NCBI GenBank assembly: GCA_049966275.1
Contig: JBMFUY010000003.1
Span: 1-45,125, forward strand
Reading direction: 5' to 3'
From: a bacterium
GTDB taxonomy: Bacteria > JAMCPX01
Length of the DNA stretch: 45,125 nt
In this document: piece by piece, positions 1 through 9,293 of the stretch
How the letters are laid out: each line of letters opens with the position of its first letter
How positions within the stretch are numbered: position 1 is the stretch's first letter
Made by a program: the position numbers and the translations under genes
The notes under the pieces: generated by a model
Told to the model about the DNA's origin: nothing
Seen by the model: only the letters and a program-made list of their open reading frames with translations
Databases searched by the model: none

Positions 1-82
1 AATATTCGAAGAATACCTATATTTGACGCAGGCTTTTCACTCATTACACAAACTTCCCTCTTTCGCAAACGCATTTTTGGGT
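1..82 (+). repeat. Partial copy (long variant) of dispersed palindromic MITE-like repeat
   Basis: 7-82 is a near-identical reverse complement of 45049-45125; its 3' part (tcactcattacacaaacttccc...gcatttttgggt) matches the copies at 12753, 15396 and 40349. Confidence 0.9.
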
Positions 83-158
83 ACAATATCTCTAACATAT
101 TCTTTAACGACAGGACTGAAGATACAAACTGTTTACATACAATGGAACAATCCGCTCA

Positions 159-353
159 TCACGCATTACCAGCCCCCTTTTTTATATCAGGATCCGGGGT
201 TTGCTTTTCATCAGATGATGTGCGTTTTTTTAATCTAAGGTCAAATGTATAATCCGGGCATCTTAATCCCAGATCCTCTGTAGATGAAAACCTTTTCTGG
301 CATGTTTCTCTCCATGCACATGTAAGACAGCTTTTTTGATCCGCGTATGTCAT
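159..353 (-). CDS. Small Cys-rich hypothetical protein (CxxC...C...CPD, putative metal-binding)
   Basis: 64 aa ORF, SD-like GAGGTGG upstream, co-oriented just downstream of the FabK-like gene, four Cys. Confidence 0.7.
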   Translation of the reverse strand: MTYADQKSCLTCAWRETCQKRFSSTEDLGLRCPDYTFDLRLKKRTSSDEKQTPDPDIKKGAGNA

Positions 354-388
354 ATTATTTTAACCACCTCTAAATTAAGCGCTGTATC

Positions 389-1345
389 TCACAAAAGCAA
401 CCTTTTAGCTAATGCCTGAGCTCCCTGTATAATCTCATTTATAATATCGTTCACACTCTTTATGGATGTTATAAGTCCTGCAATCTCACCACTCATTACA
501 GAACCCATCTCAATATCTCCATCTATGGATGCTGATTTACTTCTTCCAGGGCCTATAAATGACAGGAGTTCCATTTCACTTATTCCCTTCTTTTCAAGTT
601 CAAGGATCTGTTCTGCTAATTTGTTCTTAATAACCCTGACAGGTTTTCCTATACTCATACCGGTTAAAACTGTTGAATCATCTTCTGCATCCAAAATTGC
701 TTTTTTGAATGCCTCATGCACAGGGGCTTCCACAGATGCAACAAACCTCGTTCCCATCTGAATACCATCTGCACCAAGTGCTCGTGCTGCAACAAACCCT
801 CTGTGATCAGCTATACCCCCAGCTGATATAACAGGTATATCCACTTTATCCACCACCTGAGGAATAAGAACCATTGTAGTTATCCCAAGGGGACTGTCGT
901 GGCCGCCTGCTTCTATACCCTCTGCAATGATAAAATCAACACCAGCTTTGTATGCCTTTACAGCAAGCTTTGCTGATGGAACCACGTGTCCGACCTTTAT
1001 CCCGGCATCATGCAATTTTGCTGTGAACCTTGCAGGGCTTCCAGCAGATGTTATAACAACCTTAAGTCCTGTTTCTATTGCAGCATCTACCATATCAGCG
1101 GCAAGTGGATACATAAGAGGTATGTTAAGACCAAAAGGCATGTCTGTCATACCACGCGTTTTTTCTATTTCTTTTTTTAGTTCATCCTTTGACTGAAAGG
1201 ACCCGCCTGCAAGTACACCAAGCCCGCCTGCATTGGATACAGCAGATACAAGGGGTGCATAGGATACATACACCATACCACCAAGCAGTATTGGATACTT
1301 TATACCCAGCAAATCACATATTCTCGTATGAATTAATGTATTCAT
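389..1345 (-). CDS. FabK / nitronate monooxygenase family FMN-dependent enoyl-ACP reductase-like protein
   Basis: Motifs LGIKYPI.GGM, AVSNAGGLG, EGIEAGGH, AGGIAD, GIQMGTRF. Confidence 0.85.
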   Translation of the reverse strand: MNTLIHTRICDLLGIKYPILLGGMVYVSYAPLVSAVSNAGGLGVLAGGSFQSKDELKKEIEKTRGMTDMPFGLNIPLMYPLAADMVDAAIETGLKVVITSAGSPARFTAKLHDAGIKVGHVVPSAKLAVKAYKAGVDFIIAEGIEAGGHDSPLGITTMVLIPQVVDKVDIPVISAGGIADHRGFVAARALGADGIQMGTRFVASVEAPVHEAFKKAILDAEDDSTVLTGMSIGKPVRVIKNKLAEQILELEKKGISEMELLSFIGPGRSKSASIDGDIEMGSVMSGEIAGLITSIKSVNDIINEIIQGAQALAKRLLL

Positions 1346-1451
1346 CTTTAATCCTCTTAAACGATTTTATGCTCTCAGTTAGTAGCAAAACTTTGTATCT
1401 GTGAAAAGACATACTTACACAGAGTGGCTTTTAACTTAACACCTATCTGGT

Positions 1452-2984
1452 CTATTGTCCATAATTCAACAATTTGGCTTTGTTATCCACAATGTATTGT
1501 GCATTACGCATGGCAAAAGACATGATGGTGATCTGAGGATTTACACCCAGTGATGTTGGAAAGATACTCCCATCTGATATAAACATATTCTTTAATCTAT
1601 GAACCTTACCAAACGAATTAACAACAGTATGATCCACAGGTTCACCCATACGTGCTGTGCCAAGCGGATGAAAAGCCATCATTTCAACAGACGTTACTTT
1701 AATCTTCTTCTTAAAGAGCTGGGCTATGTCATCTGGATTTGTAAATTCCTTTACTCCGTAAATAGCGGGATTTACTGTCCGTGCCCCAGCTGCAAAGAAT
1801 ATCTCAGATGCAACAGCAATGCCCTTAACAAGCTTTTTAAAATCGTATGGATCAAAATGATAGGAAATAAAAGGTCCATTATCAACCCCTACATTTACCC
1901 TGCCATAGGAATTTTTATCTGAGACCATTACACCAAATGCAGCAAAATGATCATACTGAAATGCCATCTCTTTGTGTTTTTTGCCAATAGGAGCAGCAAC
2001 AGGTAATCCTATTTCAGGCGGCACAAATATACCTTCAAGCATGATTCCTTCACTGATGTACTCATCCACATAATTCCCTTGAGGTACACCTTTATAACCC
2101 TGAATGATTTCATCAAACATGGCTGTAACCCTTACAGCTGGATGTATTGTAAGATTTTTGCCAAGTTCTGGTGATAGCTTTATATTGTTCTTTTCAAGCA
2201 AAAATGGTGTGTATATAGCACCAGCAGAAAGGACAAGTAGTTTTGGTGATACAGTAAATTTATAGAGTCTATTGTTGGTTTGTTCATTTATTATACTTCC
2301 TTCTATTCTTGTTACTCTATCAGATTCCACGATTATCTTTTCAGCCCTTGCATTTGCGTAGATCCTTGCCCCATGTTTTATAGCAGATGGAATGAAATTC
2401 AGATGAACAGCCTGTTTTGCATCATGTGGGCATCCAAATGCGCATCTTCCGCACCCATGACAGTCTTTTATATTATGCAACAACATGCCATTACTCATAC
2501 CAAGTGCATCTGCCCCTCTTTTGAAAACAAGCCCATTTTTACCAAGGATCTGAGGGGACACAGGAACAACATTTATAATCTTTTCCACCTGTTCAAAATA
2601 AGGTTCCATTTCTTTGGGTGATGCATTCTGCACACCAAAGCGTTCAGCCCAATCACGAAGAACATGTTCCGGAGTTCTAAAGCATGTACCGGAGTTTATA
2701 ACAGTTGTTCCTCCAACAGCTCTGCCAAGAGGAAGCATTATAGCAGCCTTACCAAGCACAATAGTGGATCCATAGTCCCTGTATAATATCTTAAGAGACT
2801 CTATTGGCTTATATTTACTGTATCGCTCCTTTGTGTAGTATCCACCCTCTTCCAGTACCACCACATCAAGACCAGCACCACTTAACACATCAGCCATTAC
2901 AGCGCCACCTGCTCCAGAACCTATAATGCAAACATCCACCTTTTCCACAACATCCCTGTTTATATCTTTGTATGTAAATAACAT
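1452..2984 (-). CDS. GMC family FAD-dependent oxidoreductase (long-chain alcohol oxidase-like)
   Basis: GSGAGG Rossmann motif, VGGTTVINSG, CHGCGRCAFGC, HPLGTARMG, DGSIFPTSLGVNPQ. Confidence 0.9.
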   Translation of the reverse strand: MLFTYKDINRDVVEKVDVCIIGSGAGGAVMADVLSGAGLDVVVLEEGGYYTKERYSKYKPIESLKILYRDYGSTIVLGKAAIMLPLGRAVGGTTVINSGTCFRTPEHVLRDWAERFGVQNASPKEMEPYFEQVEKIINVVPVSPQILGKNGLVFKRGADALGMSNGMLLHNIKDCHGCGRCAFGCPHDAKQAVHLNFIPSAIKHGARIYANARAEKIIVESDRVTRIEGSIINEQTNNRLYKFTVSPKLLVLSAGAIYTPFLLEKNNIKLSPELGKNLTIHPAVRVTAMFDEIIQGYKGVPQGNYVDEYISEGIMLEGIFVPPEIGLPVAAPIGKKHKEMAFQYDHFAAFGVMVSDKNSYGRVNVGVDNGPFISYHFDPYDFKKLVKGIAVASEIFFAAGARTVNPAIYGVKEFTNPDDIAQLFKKKIKVTSVEMMAFHPLGTARMGEPVDHTVVNSFGKVHRLKNMFISDGSIFPTSLGVNPQITIMSFAMRNAQYIVDNKAKLLNYGQ

Positions 2985-2988
2985 AGAC

Positions 2989-3399
2989 TTAATCCTTTAC
3001 CAGACATTCAGGATGATAATTAATAGCCTGTGCAACTGTATCATCCGAGTAATAAGACATTAAAAAAAGCATCTTTACAAGTAACAGCACACCCCTTTTT
3101 GAGAAAAATCTGCTGGTCTCCCAACCCTCAAGATACTTCAATCTCTGTTCAGGAGACATCTTTGTAAACCTTTTTAATCTTGTGAACATTGGCATATATT
3201 CTATGGTGTATAGAATTGTCTTTATTGCTTTTAACTGCAATACACTCATACTATCCAGATAATTATCAAACAGCAATGCAGGATCCACAACATTCGGATC
3301 GACATCAAACGCACCACCCGGCGGTATGATGGTCTCTGCTATAGCCTTAATTATTTTATACATTTTTTTATCAAACACCTTCAGTTCTTTTAAAGCCAT
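2989..3399 (-). CDS. Gluconate 2-dehydrogenase subunit 3-like partner of the GMC oxidoreductase
   Basis: AIAETIIP, RF..MSPEQR..YL..W, YY...V...I.Y pattern; 4 bp upstream of the GMC gene; SD GGAGG. Confidence 0.7.
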   Translation of the reverse strand: MALKELKVFDKKMYKIIKAIAETIIPPGGAFDVDPNVVDPALLFDNYLDSMSVLQLKAIKTILYTIEYMPMFTRLKRFTKMSPEQRLKYLEGWETSRFFSKRGVLLLVKMLFLMSYYSDDTVAQAINYHPECLVKD

Positions 3400-3441
3400 G
3401 GATTACCTCCTACAACATTTTCTTTTATAAAGGCACATGAC

Positions 3442-4947
3442 TCAGCTCATAAGCCATCCCATCTTTTTTGTAAGCCATACTACAACTTTTATGAATGATA
3501 GTAATTCCTTATCGTAAGGATACCACCATGGTTTGTTTTTAATCCATGCTTTATCAATGTGCAGATGTACAGGTTCTACAAATTCTAACAACCCGATCCG
3601 TGAATGCGTCCTTCCAAAACCTGTTTCTTTTGATCCGCCCCATGGTGTTTCTGGTATACCATATGTCATTGCATGTTCGTTGATCGTTACTGTTCCAGCT
3701 ACGAGCTGTTTCCCAATTGCCTCTGCCCGCTTTATATCTCTGGACCATACACTTGCAGTTAAACCATATCTTGAATCATTTGCCAGCTTTATGGCTTCTT
3801 CCTCTGTGTTGAATTCCATGATAGGTAAAACAGGACCAAATGTCTCATCTGTCATGACCTTCATTGTGTGGTTCACATCCACAAGCACTGTTGGTTTATA
3901 GAAATATCCATGTTTGTTAATAAGCCTTTCGCCTCCTGTCAGTACCTTTGCTCCTTTTAGTATAGCATCCTTAACATGTTCCTCAACTATGGCTAACTGC
4001 CTTTGATCTATCATGGCGCCAACATCAATTGTTTCATCGTACAATGTATCACCCTGACGTAATTGTTCTGTGTATTGGACAACCAGTTTTACAAATTCAT
4101 CTTTTATTGTTTTATCAACATATACCCTTTCCACTGAAGCGCATGTCTGACCGGAGTTCATAAATCCAGCCCATACCGCTCCCCTTGCAGCCATCTCCAG
4201 ATCAGCATCCTTCAATACGATCATGGGGTCCTTTCCACCAAGCTCGAGCACCACAGGTGTAAGTGTGTCTGCAGCATTTGCCATAATCCTTTTACCTGTT
4301 GCAACACTACCTGTGAATACAATCTTTGATACACCGGACCTTACAAGTTCAGCTCCTACCCTTCCATCTCCCTGTACCAGAGAAAACACGCCATCTGGAA
4401 AGCCTGCTATATCCATAAGTTCTTTTATTTTTGCTCCTATCAAAGGTGTTAGCTCTGATGGCTTTAGAATAACAGCATTACCAGCTACAAGTGCCATGAT
4501 GATCTCAGAGAAAGGTATGGCAAATGGATAGTTCCATGGGCTTATTATACCAACAACGCCAACCGGCTTATAGATGATATAACTTTTTTTGCCCATAAAG
4601 CTGAACATTCTCAATGGTATCCTTTCCTGTTTTAACATTCTTTTTGCCCGCTTTGAAAAATAATTTATGACATCTATAACAGGATAAACCTCAGCAATAA
4701 TAGCCTCAAGATAGGGCTTTCCATTCTCTCTTGATATGAATCTTGCTATCTCTTCGTAGTGATCAAGCAAATATTCAACAAGCTTTTTAAAGTATGGCTT
4801 TCTTCCATCAAAGCCCAATGCATCCCATGATTTCTGAGCTTCTTTTGCCCTTTTAACGATGCTGAATAATTCCTGTTGCCCTGTTACATTGACAGAGCCA
4901 ATGGGCTTCAGGGTTGAAGGCTCAATGGACACAATCTGTTCTGTCAT
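3442..4947 (-). CDS. Aldehyde dehydrogenase (NAD(P)-dependent)
   Basis: ISPWNYP, LKPSE, FTGS, LELGGKD, GQTC catalytic Cys, ETFGP. Confidence 0.95.
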   Translation of the reverse strand: MTEQIVSIEPSTLKPIGSVNVTGQQELFSIVKRAKEAQKSWDALGFDGRKPYFKKLVEYLLDHYEEIARFISRENGKPYLEAIIAEVYPVIDVINYFSKRAKRMLKQERIPLRMFSFMGKKSYIIYKPVGVVGIISPWNYPFAIPFSEIIMALVAGNAVILKPSELTPLIGAKIKELMDIAGFPDGVFSLVQGDGRVGAELVRSGVSKIVFTGSVATGKRIMANAADTLTPVVLELGGKDPMIVLKDADLEMAARGAVWAGFMNSGQTCASVERVYVDKTIKDEFVKLVVQYTEQLRQGDTLYDETIDVGAMIDQRQLAIVEEHVKDAILKGAKVLTGGERLINKHGYFYKPTVLVDVNHTMKVMTDETFGPVLPIMEFNTEEEAIKLANDSRYGLTASVWSRDIKRAEAIGKQLVAGTVTINEHAMTYGIPETPWGGSKETGFGRTHSRIGLLEFVEPVHLHIDKAWIKNKPWWYPYDKELLSFIKVVVWLTKKMGWLMS

Positions 4948-4979
4948 GAAACCTCCGATTATTTATTTTAATTTTTAAG

Positions 4980-5008
4980 ATTGTTATCTTTATTGAATAA
5001 AATGTCAA
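4980..5008 (-). promoter_or_regulatory. Candidate sigma70 promoter for the ALDH-GMC operon
   Basis: Minus-strand TTGACA (5008-5003), 17 bp spacer, weak -10 AACAAT. Confidence 0.4.
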
Positions 5009-5150
5009 TAAAGTGTAAAAGTCTATAATATATTTGAATAAGATGTTTTATTATCTACCAACTTTTTATCTAATTTTTACAGTACATTGAGCACAATCCT
5101 TGATATAACAAATCTACTTGATCTTTTGCGCATTATGGAGGATATAATAA

Positions 5151-5507
<357 letters not shown>

Positions 5508-5531
5508 CATTACAGTGTTTTCAACAATTCT

Positions 5532-6668
5532 ATGTATAGGTTCTGGCTGATAATAATTCTATTTTGCTTTCTTGTTCCAGCTGCTGGATATGGAAGGGCC
5601 ACAAAACATTCAACAAAGGAACCTATTAAAAGGCAATTAAATGAGATAAAAAAACAGATAAAAGAAAAGAAGGAAGAGATCAGGATCTCCCAGAAAAGAG
5701 CAAAACAGATACTCGATGATATAGATAAATTGGATAAACAAACAAATGATATCAACAACAAAATTGATGCTCTCAACAAGGAAAAAACAGCCCTCATAAA
5801 AGAGATCGACAACACACAGAAGGAAATTGCATCCCTTAACGAGGCTATAGATAAAAAAAAAGATGTTATAACAAAGCGGCTCATCGCAGATTTTAAACTG
5901 CACCAAACAGGTTATCTTCAGCTTTTGCTTGCCTCTGAATCGCCTGTTGATATGGAGAAGCGATATACACTATTGAACTATATAATTAAACATGATGAAC
6001 AGGAGCAAAGAGATTACATAAAGATGCAGAATGCTTTATTAAGAGAACAACAAAAATATACGCAGCAAAAAGCACAACTTGATACAATAACTGACAGCTT
6101 GAATAAACAGATGTCCGAGCTTGTTACAGCAAAACAACAGAAAGAAAAGATCCTTGCAAGTATAAGATTTAGCACAGAGGCAACAAGAAGGGTGTTAATG
6201 GAATTGCAGAACTCAGAGGAAAAACTACAGGACACATTAAAATCACTTGAATCTTCATCAGGCTCTCAAATTGGCTTTGCATCAATGGAAGGGAAGCTTC
6301 CTTCTCCTGTGCAGGGTGAGATGGAAAAAATATTTGGTAAAACAACAAACAACATCATTAAATCAAACGGTGTTTTGTTTAGAGCGAAATTGAACGCACC
6401 GATCAGAGCAGTGTATCCCGGGATCGTTGTCTGGTCAGAATGGTTAAAGGGATACGGTAATACAATTATACTGGATCATGGAGAAAGATATTTTACCATA
6501 TACGCTCATCTCAGCAGCATAGATGTAAAAGTTGGTGATCATGTAAAAGCTGATGAGATCATAGGGAAATTAGGCAATGCAGGTGTTGGTAGTGATACAA
6601 CACTGTATTTTGAAATACGACATGGTGAAAAACCATTAAACCCTGAAATCTGGTTGAGTAAAAAATGA
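5532..6668 (+). CDS. envC: Murein hydrolase activator EnvC-like (coiled coil + degenerate M23/LytM domain)
   Basis: Signal peptide, long coiled coil, GYGN.IILDHG..Y.T.YAHL, LYFEIR; Zn-ligand motifs degenerate as in EnvC. Confidence 0.8.
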   Translation: MYRFWLIIILFCFLVPAAGYGRATKHSTKEPIKRQLNEIKKQIKEKKEEIRISQKRAKQILDDIDKLDKQTNDINNKIDALNKEKTALIKEIDNTQKEIASLNEAIDKKKDVITKRLIADFKLHQTGYLQLLLASESPVDMEKRYTLLNYIIKHDEQEQRDYIKMQNALLREQQKYTQQKAQLDTITDSLNKQMSELVTAKQQKEKILASIRFSTEATRRVLMELQNSEEKLQDTLKSLESSSGSQIGFASMEGKLPSPVQGEMEKIFGKTTNNIIKSNGVLFRAKLNAPIRAVYPGIVVWSEWLKGYGNTIILDHGERYFTIYAHLSSIDVKVGDHVKADEIIGKLGNAGVGSDTTLYFEIRHGEKPLNPEIWLSKK

Positions 6669-7753
6669 ATAATCCGTATACCTACGCATTAATCTCATTC
6701 AGCGCACTGGCACACAATTTAAATGTAATAAAACATAAAATCCCAGCTACCACAGGGATTATGGCTATTGTAAAATCTGATGCTTACGGACACGGTTTAG
6801 TACCGATCTCAAAAGAACTTGAAAGGATGGGTGTTAATGCATTTGGTGTGGCATTCGTCCAGGAAGGTTTGGTATTACGAGAACACGGGATTACTTCACC
6901 AATATATGTACTTTCAGGTTTTCAGAGAGGTGAAGAAGAAACCATTATAAACAACGATCTAATACCTTTGGTTTACAATACGAAACAGATCGAATGGCTT
7001 GATACAGCAGCAAGAGGAAAAAGGTCTGCAGTAAACATACATATCAAGATTGATACTGGCATGGGTAGATTGGGGGTATTATACGATGATAAAAATTCCA
7101 TTCTTAAGATGTTGAACCATGCTGAGCATCTAAACATCCATGGGCTTGCCACACATATCTCTGATGCACATGATTCTGCTTCTTTTACAGGATTGCAGAT
7201 CAATAGATTTAAGCAAGTAAAGGCATTCATAGAATCAAAGCTCTCAAAGAAATTGGTTGCACATGTTGCCAATACAGATACATTTTTAAATTATCCTGAA
7301 TCAGTATTTGATATGATAAGGGTTGGGATAAGCTTATATGGCTATGGGCACAAAGATTTAAAGCCTGTTATGAACGTTTTTTCAAGGTTGATCTCTGTAA
7401 AAACCCTTAAAAAAGGCTCATACATAAGTTATGGCAGGACATATAGATTAAAAAAAGATACAAAGGTGGGCGTTATACCTGTAGGTTATGCTGATGGATA
7501 TTTTAGAACTTTGTCAAACAAGGGTTTTGTTGGCATTAAAGGTAAAAGGGTATACATTATAGGAAGGGTTACAATGAACCACACAATGCTGGATGTTGAT
7601 AGATCAAATGCACAGGTTGGTGATAAGGTATTAATAATAGGGCAGGATAAAAAAATGTGTATAGGTGCGGATCACATTGCAAGGCTTGCCTCAACGATAA
7701 GTTATGAACTGTTGTGCAGTATGGGCTCGAATATTAAACGTATTTACGAATAA
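6665..7753 (+). CDS. alr: Alanine racemase
   Basis: PLP motif AIVKSDAYGHG, KIDTGMGRLG, ISYG..Y, GYADG, TISYE. Confidence 0.95.
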   Translation: MNNPYTYALISFSALAHNLNVIKHKIPATTGIMAIVKSDAYGHGLVPISKELERMGVNAFGVAFVQEGLVLREHGITSPIYVLSGFQRGEEETIINNDLIPLVYNTKQIEWLDTAARGKRSAVNIHIKIDTGMGRLGVLYDDKNSILKMLNHAEHLNIHGLATHISDAHDSASFTGLQINRFKQVKAFIESKLSKKLVAHVANTDTFLNYPESVFDMIRVGISLYGYGHKDLKPVMNVFSRLISVKTLKKGSYISYGRTYRLKKDTKVGVIPVGYADGYFRTLSNKGFVGIKGKRVYIIGRVTMNHTMLDVDRSNAQVGDKVLIIGQDKKMCIGADHIARLASTISYELLCSMGSNIKRIYE

Positions 7754-7754
7754 T

Positions 7755-8537
7755 ATGAAACTGAATCCAATAAAGATTTTTGAATATATAGGGGAAGGCT
7801 TTACCTCTTTCCTTGAAGAGCTTGGCGGCATATTTGTAACATTTGTACAGTCAACTGTTCTGTTGTTTGTACCACCATTCAGACTCAAATTATTTTTGAA
7901 GCAGATGGAGTTTATTGGTGTAGAATCAAGTTTTATTGTATTACTTACAGGGGCATTTACAGGTATGGTGTTTGCATTGCAGACATCGTATGCGTTCAGA
8001 CTGTTTGGGGCAGAAAATTTAATAGGTCCATCCGTGGCGCTTTCTCTGGCAAGGGAACTCGGGCCTGTGCTTACAGGACTTATGGTAACAGGAAGGGTGG
8101 GGTCTGCAATGGCTGCAGAGCTTGGAACAATGAGGGTTACAGAACAAATTGACGCCCTATTCACGATGAGTATAAATCCTATTCAGTATCTGGTAACACC
8201 ACGGGTTTTTTCCTCTATACTTATGGTTCCTATGTTGACGGTATTATTTGATTTTATTGGTATAGTTGGAAGCTATTTTATGGCTGTGTTCCTTCTCGGA
8301 TTGAATGGACAAAGGTTTATAAATGATACAATATACATGGTTGATCTGAAGGATGTGTACATAGGACTTCTGAAAGCCGCGGTTTTTGGAGCAATTATTG
8401 CAGTGGTAGGATGTTATAAAGGTTATTCTGCGCAAAAGGGTGCAGAAGGGGTTGGAAAGGCAGCAACCCAGGCAGTTGTTATCTCTTCTGTTTCAATACT
8501 GGTTGCAGATTACTTCTTAACAGCATTATTATTCTGA
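7755..8537 (+). CDS. mlaE: MlaE family ABC permease
   Basis: RELGPVLTGLMVTGRVGSAMAAELGTMRVTEQIDAL, GAEGVGKA.T..VV; start ATG 7755 just after the alr stop. Confidence 0.93.
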   Translation: MKLNPIKIFEYIGEGFTSFLEELGGIFVTFVQSTVLLFVPPFRLKLFLKQMEFIGVESSFIVLLTGAFTGMVFALQTSYAFRLFGAENLIGPSVALSLARELGPVLTGLMVTGRVGSAMAAELGTMRVTEQIDALFTMSINPIQYLVTPRVFSSILMVPMLTVLFDFIGIVGSYFMAVFLLGLNGQRFINDTIYMVDLKDVYIGLLKAAVFGAIIAVVGCYKGYSAQKGAEGVGKAATQAVVISSVSILVADYFLTALLF

Positions 8538-8539
8538 TT

Positions 8540-9292
8540 ATGCAGATAACTATTAAGGGTTTAAAAAAATCATTTGGTAACAATCTGGTGCTGGATGGCG
8601 TAGATCTCAATATAGAAAGTGGAAAGACCACTGTGATCATTGGTCAAACAGGCTGTGGTAAAAGTGTACTTATCAAACATATAATAGGTTTACTTAAACC
8701 TGATGCAGGCGAAGTGCTCGTTAACGGTGTTGACATAACAAAATTAAAACGTAGAGATTTTGCCAGTATTCTAAGAAATTTTGGCGTTTTGTTTCAAAGT
8801 TCTGCTTTATTTGATTCTATGACTGTTGGTGAAAACGTTGCATTCCCATTGATAGAACATACGAATCTACCACAATCAAAGATAATGGAGATCGTTAAAG
8901 AAAAGCTCGCGATCGTTGGGCTCAAAGGTGTAGAGCATCTCTATCCAGCAGAATTGAGTGGTGGTATGAAAAAGCGTGTTGGACTTGCAAGGGCAATAGC
9001 CCTTGATCCAAAGGTCCTCATATTTGACGAACCAACCACCGGGCTTGATCCTGTTATGAGTGATACGATAGACAATCTCATAATAAACACACAGAAACAT
9101 TTAGGTGTAACAAGCATAGTGATAAGCCATGATATACCAGGCACATTTAAGATAGCCCACTGGATTGCAATGCTTTACAAAGGTAAGGTTGTTTTGTATG
9201 GTAGTCCTGATGACTTTAAAAATACCAAAGACCCGATTGTTAGACAATTTCTCGAAAGAAGGGCAGAAGGACCTTTGCAGGTAGAGGCATAA
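8540..9292 (+). CDS. mlaF: MlaF family ABC ATPase
   Basis: Walker A GQTGCGKS, LFQSSALFDS, LSGGMKKRVGLARA, DEPTTGLDP. Confidence 0.93.
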   Translation: MQITIKGLKKSFGNNLVLDGVDLNIESGKTTVIIGQTGCGKSVLIKHIIGLLKPDAGEVLVNGVDITKLKRRDFASILRNFGVLFQSSALFDSMTVGENVAFPLIEHTNLPQSKIMEIVKEKLAIVGLKGVEHLYPAELSGGMKKRVGLARAIALDPKVLIFDEPTTGLDPVMSDTIDNLIINTQKHLGVTSIVISHDIPGTFKIAHWIAMLYKGKVVLYGSPDDFKNTKDPIVRQFLERRAEGPLQVEA

Positions 9293-9293
9293 A

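Noticed and set aside
23-238. ORFs 23..238, 12710..12919, 15374..15595 and 44912..45109
   Set aside because: They are read-throughs of the repeat or overlap real genes.
5088-5105. Sigma54 promoter upstream of glnB (tgagcac-N5-ttgat)
   Set aside because: Both invariant GG (-24) and GC (-12) dinucleotides are missing.
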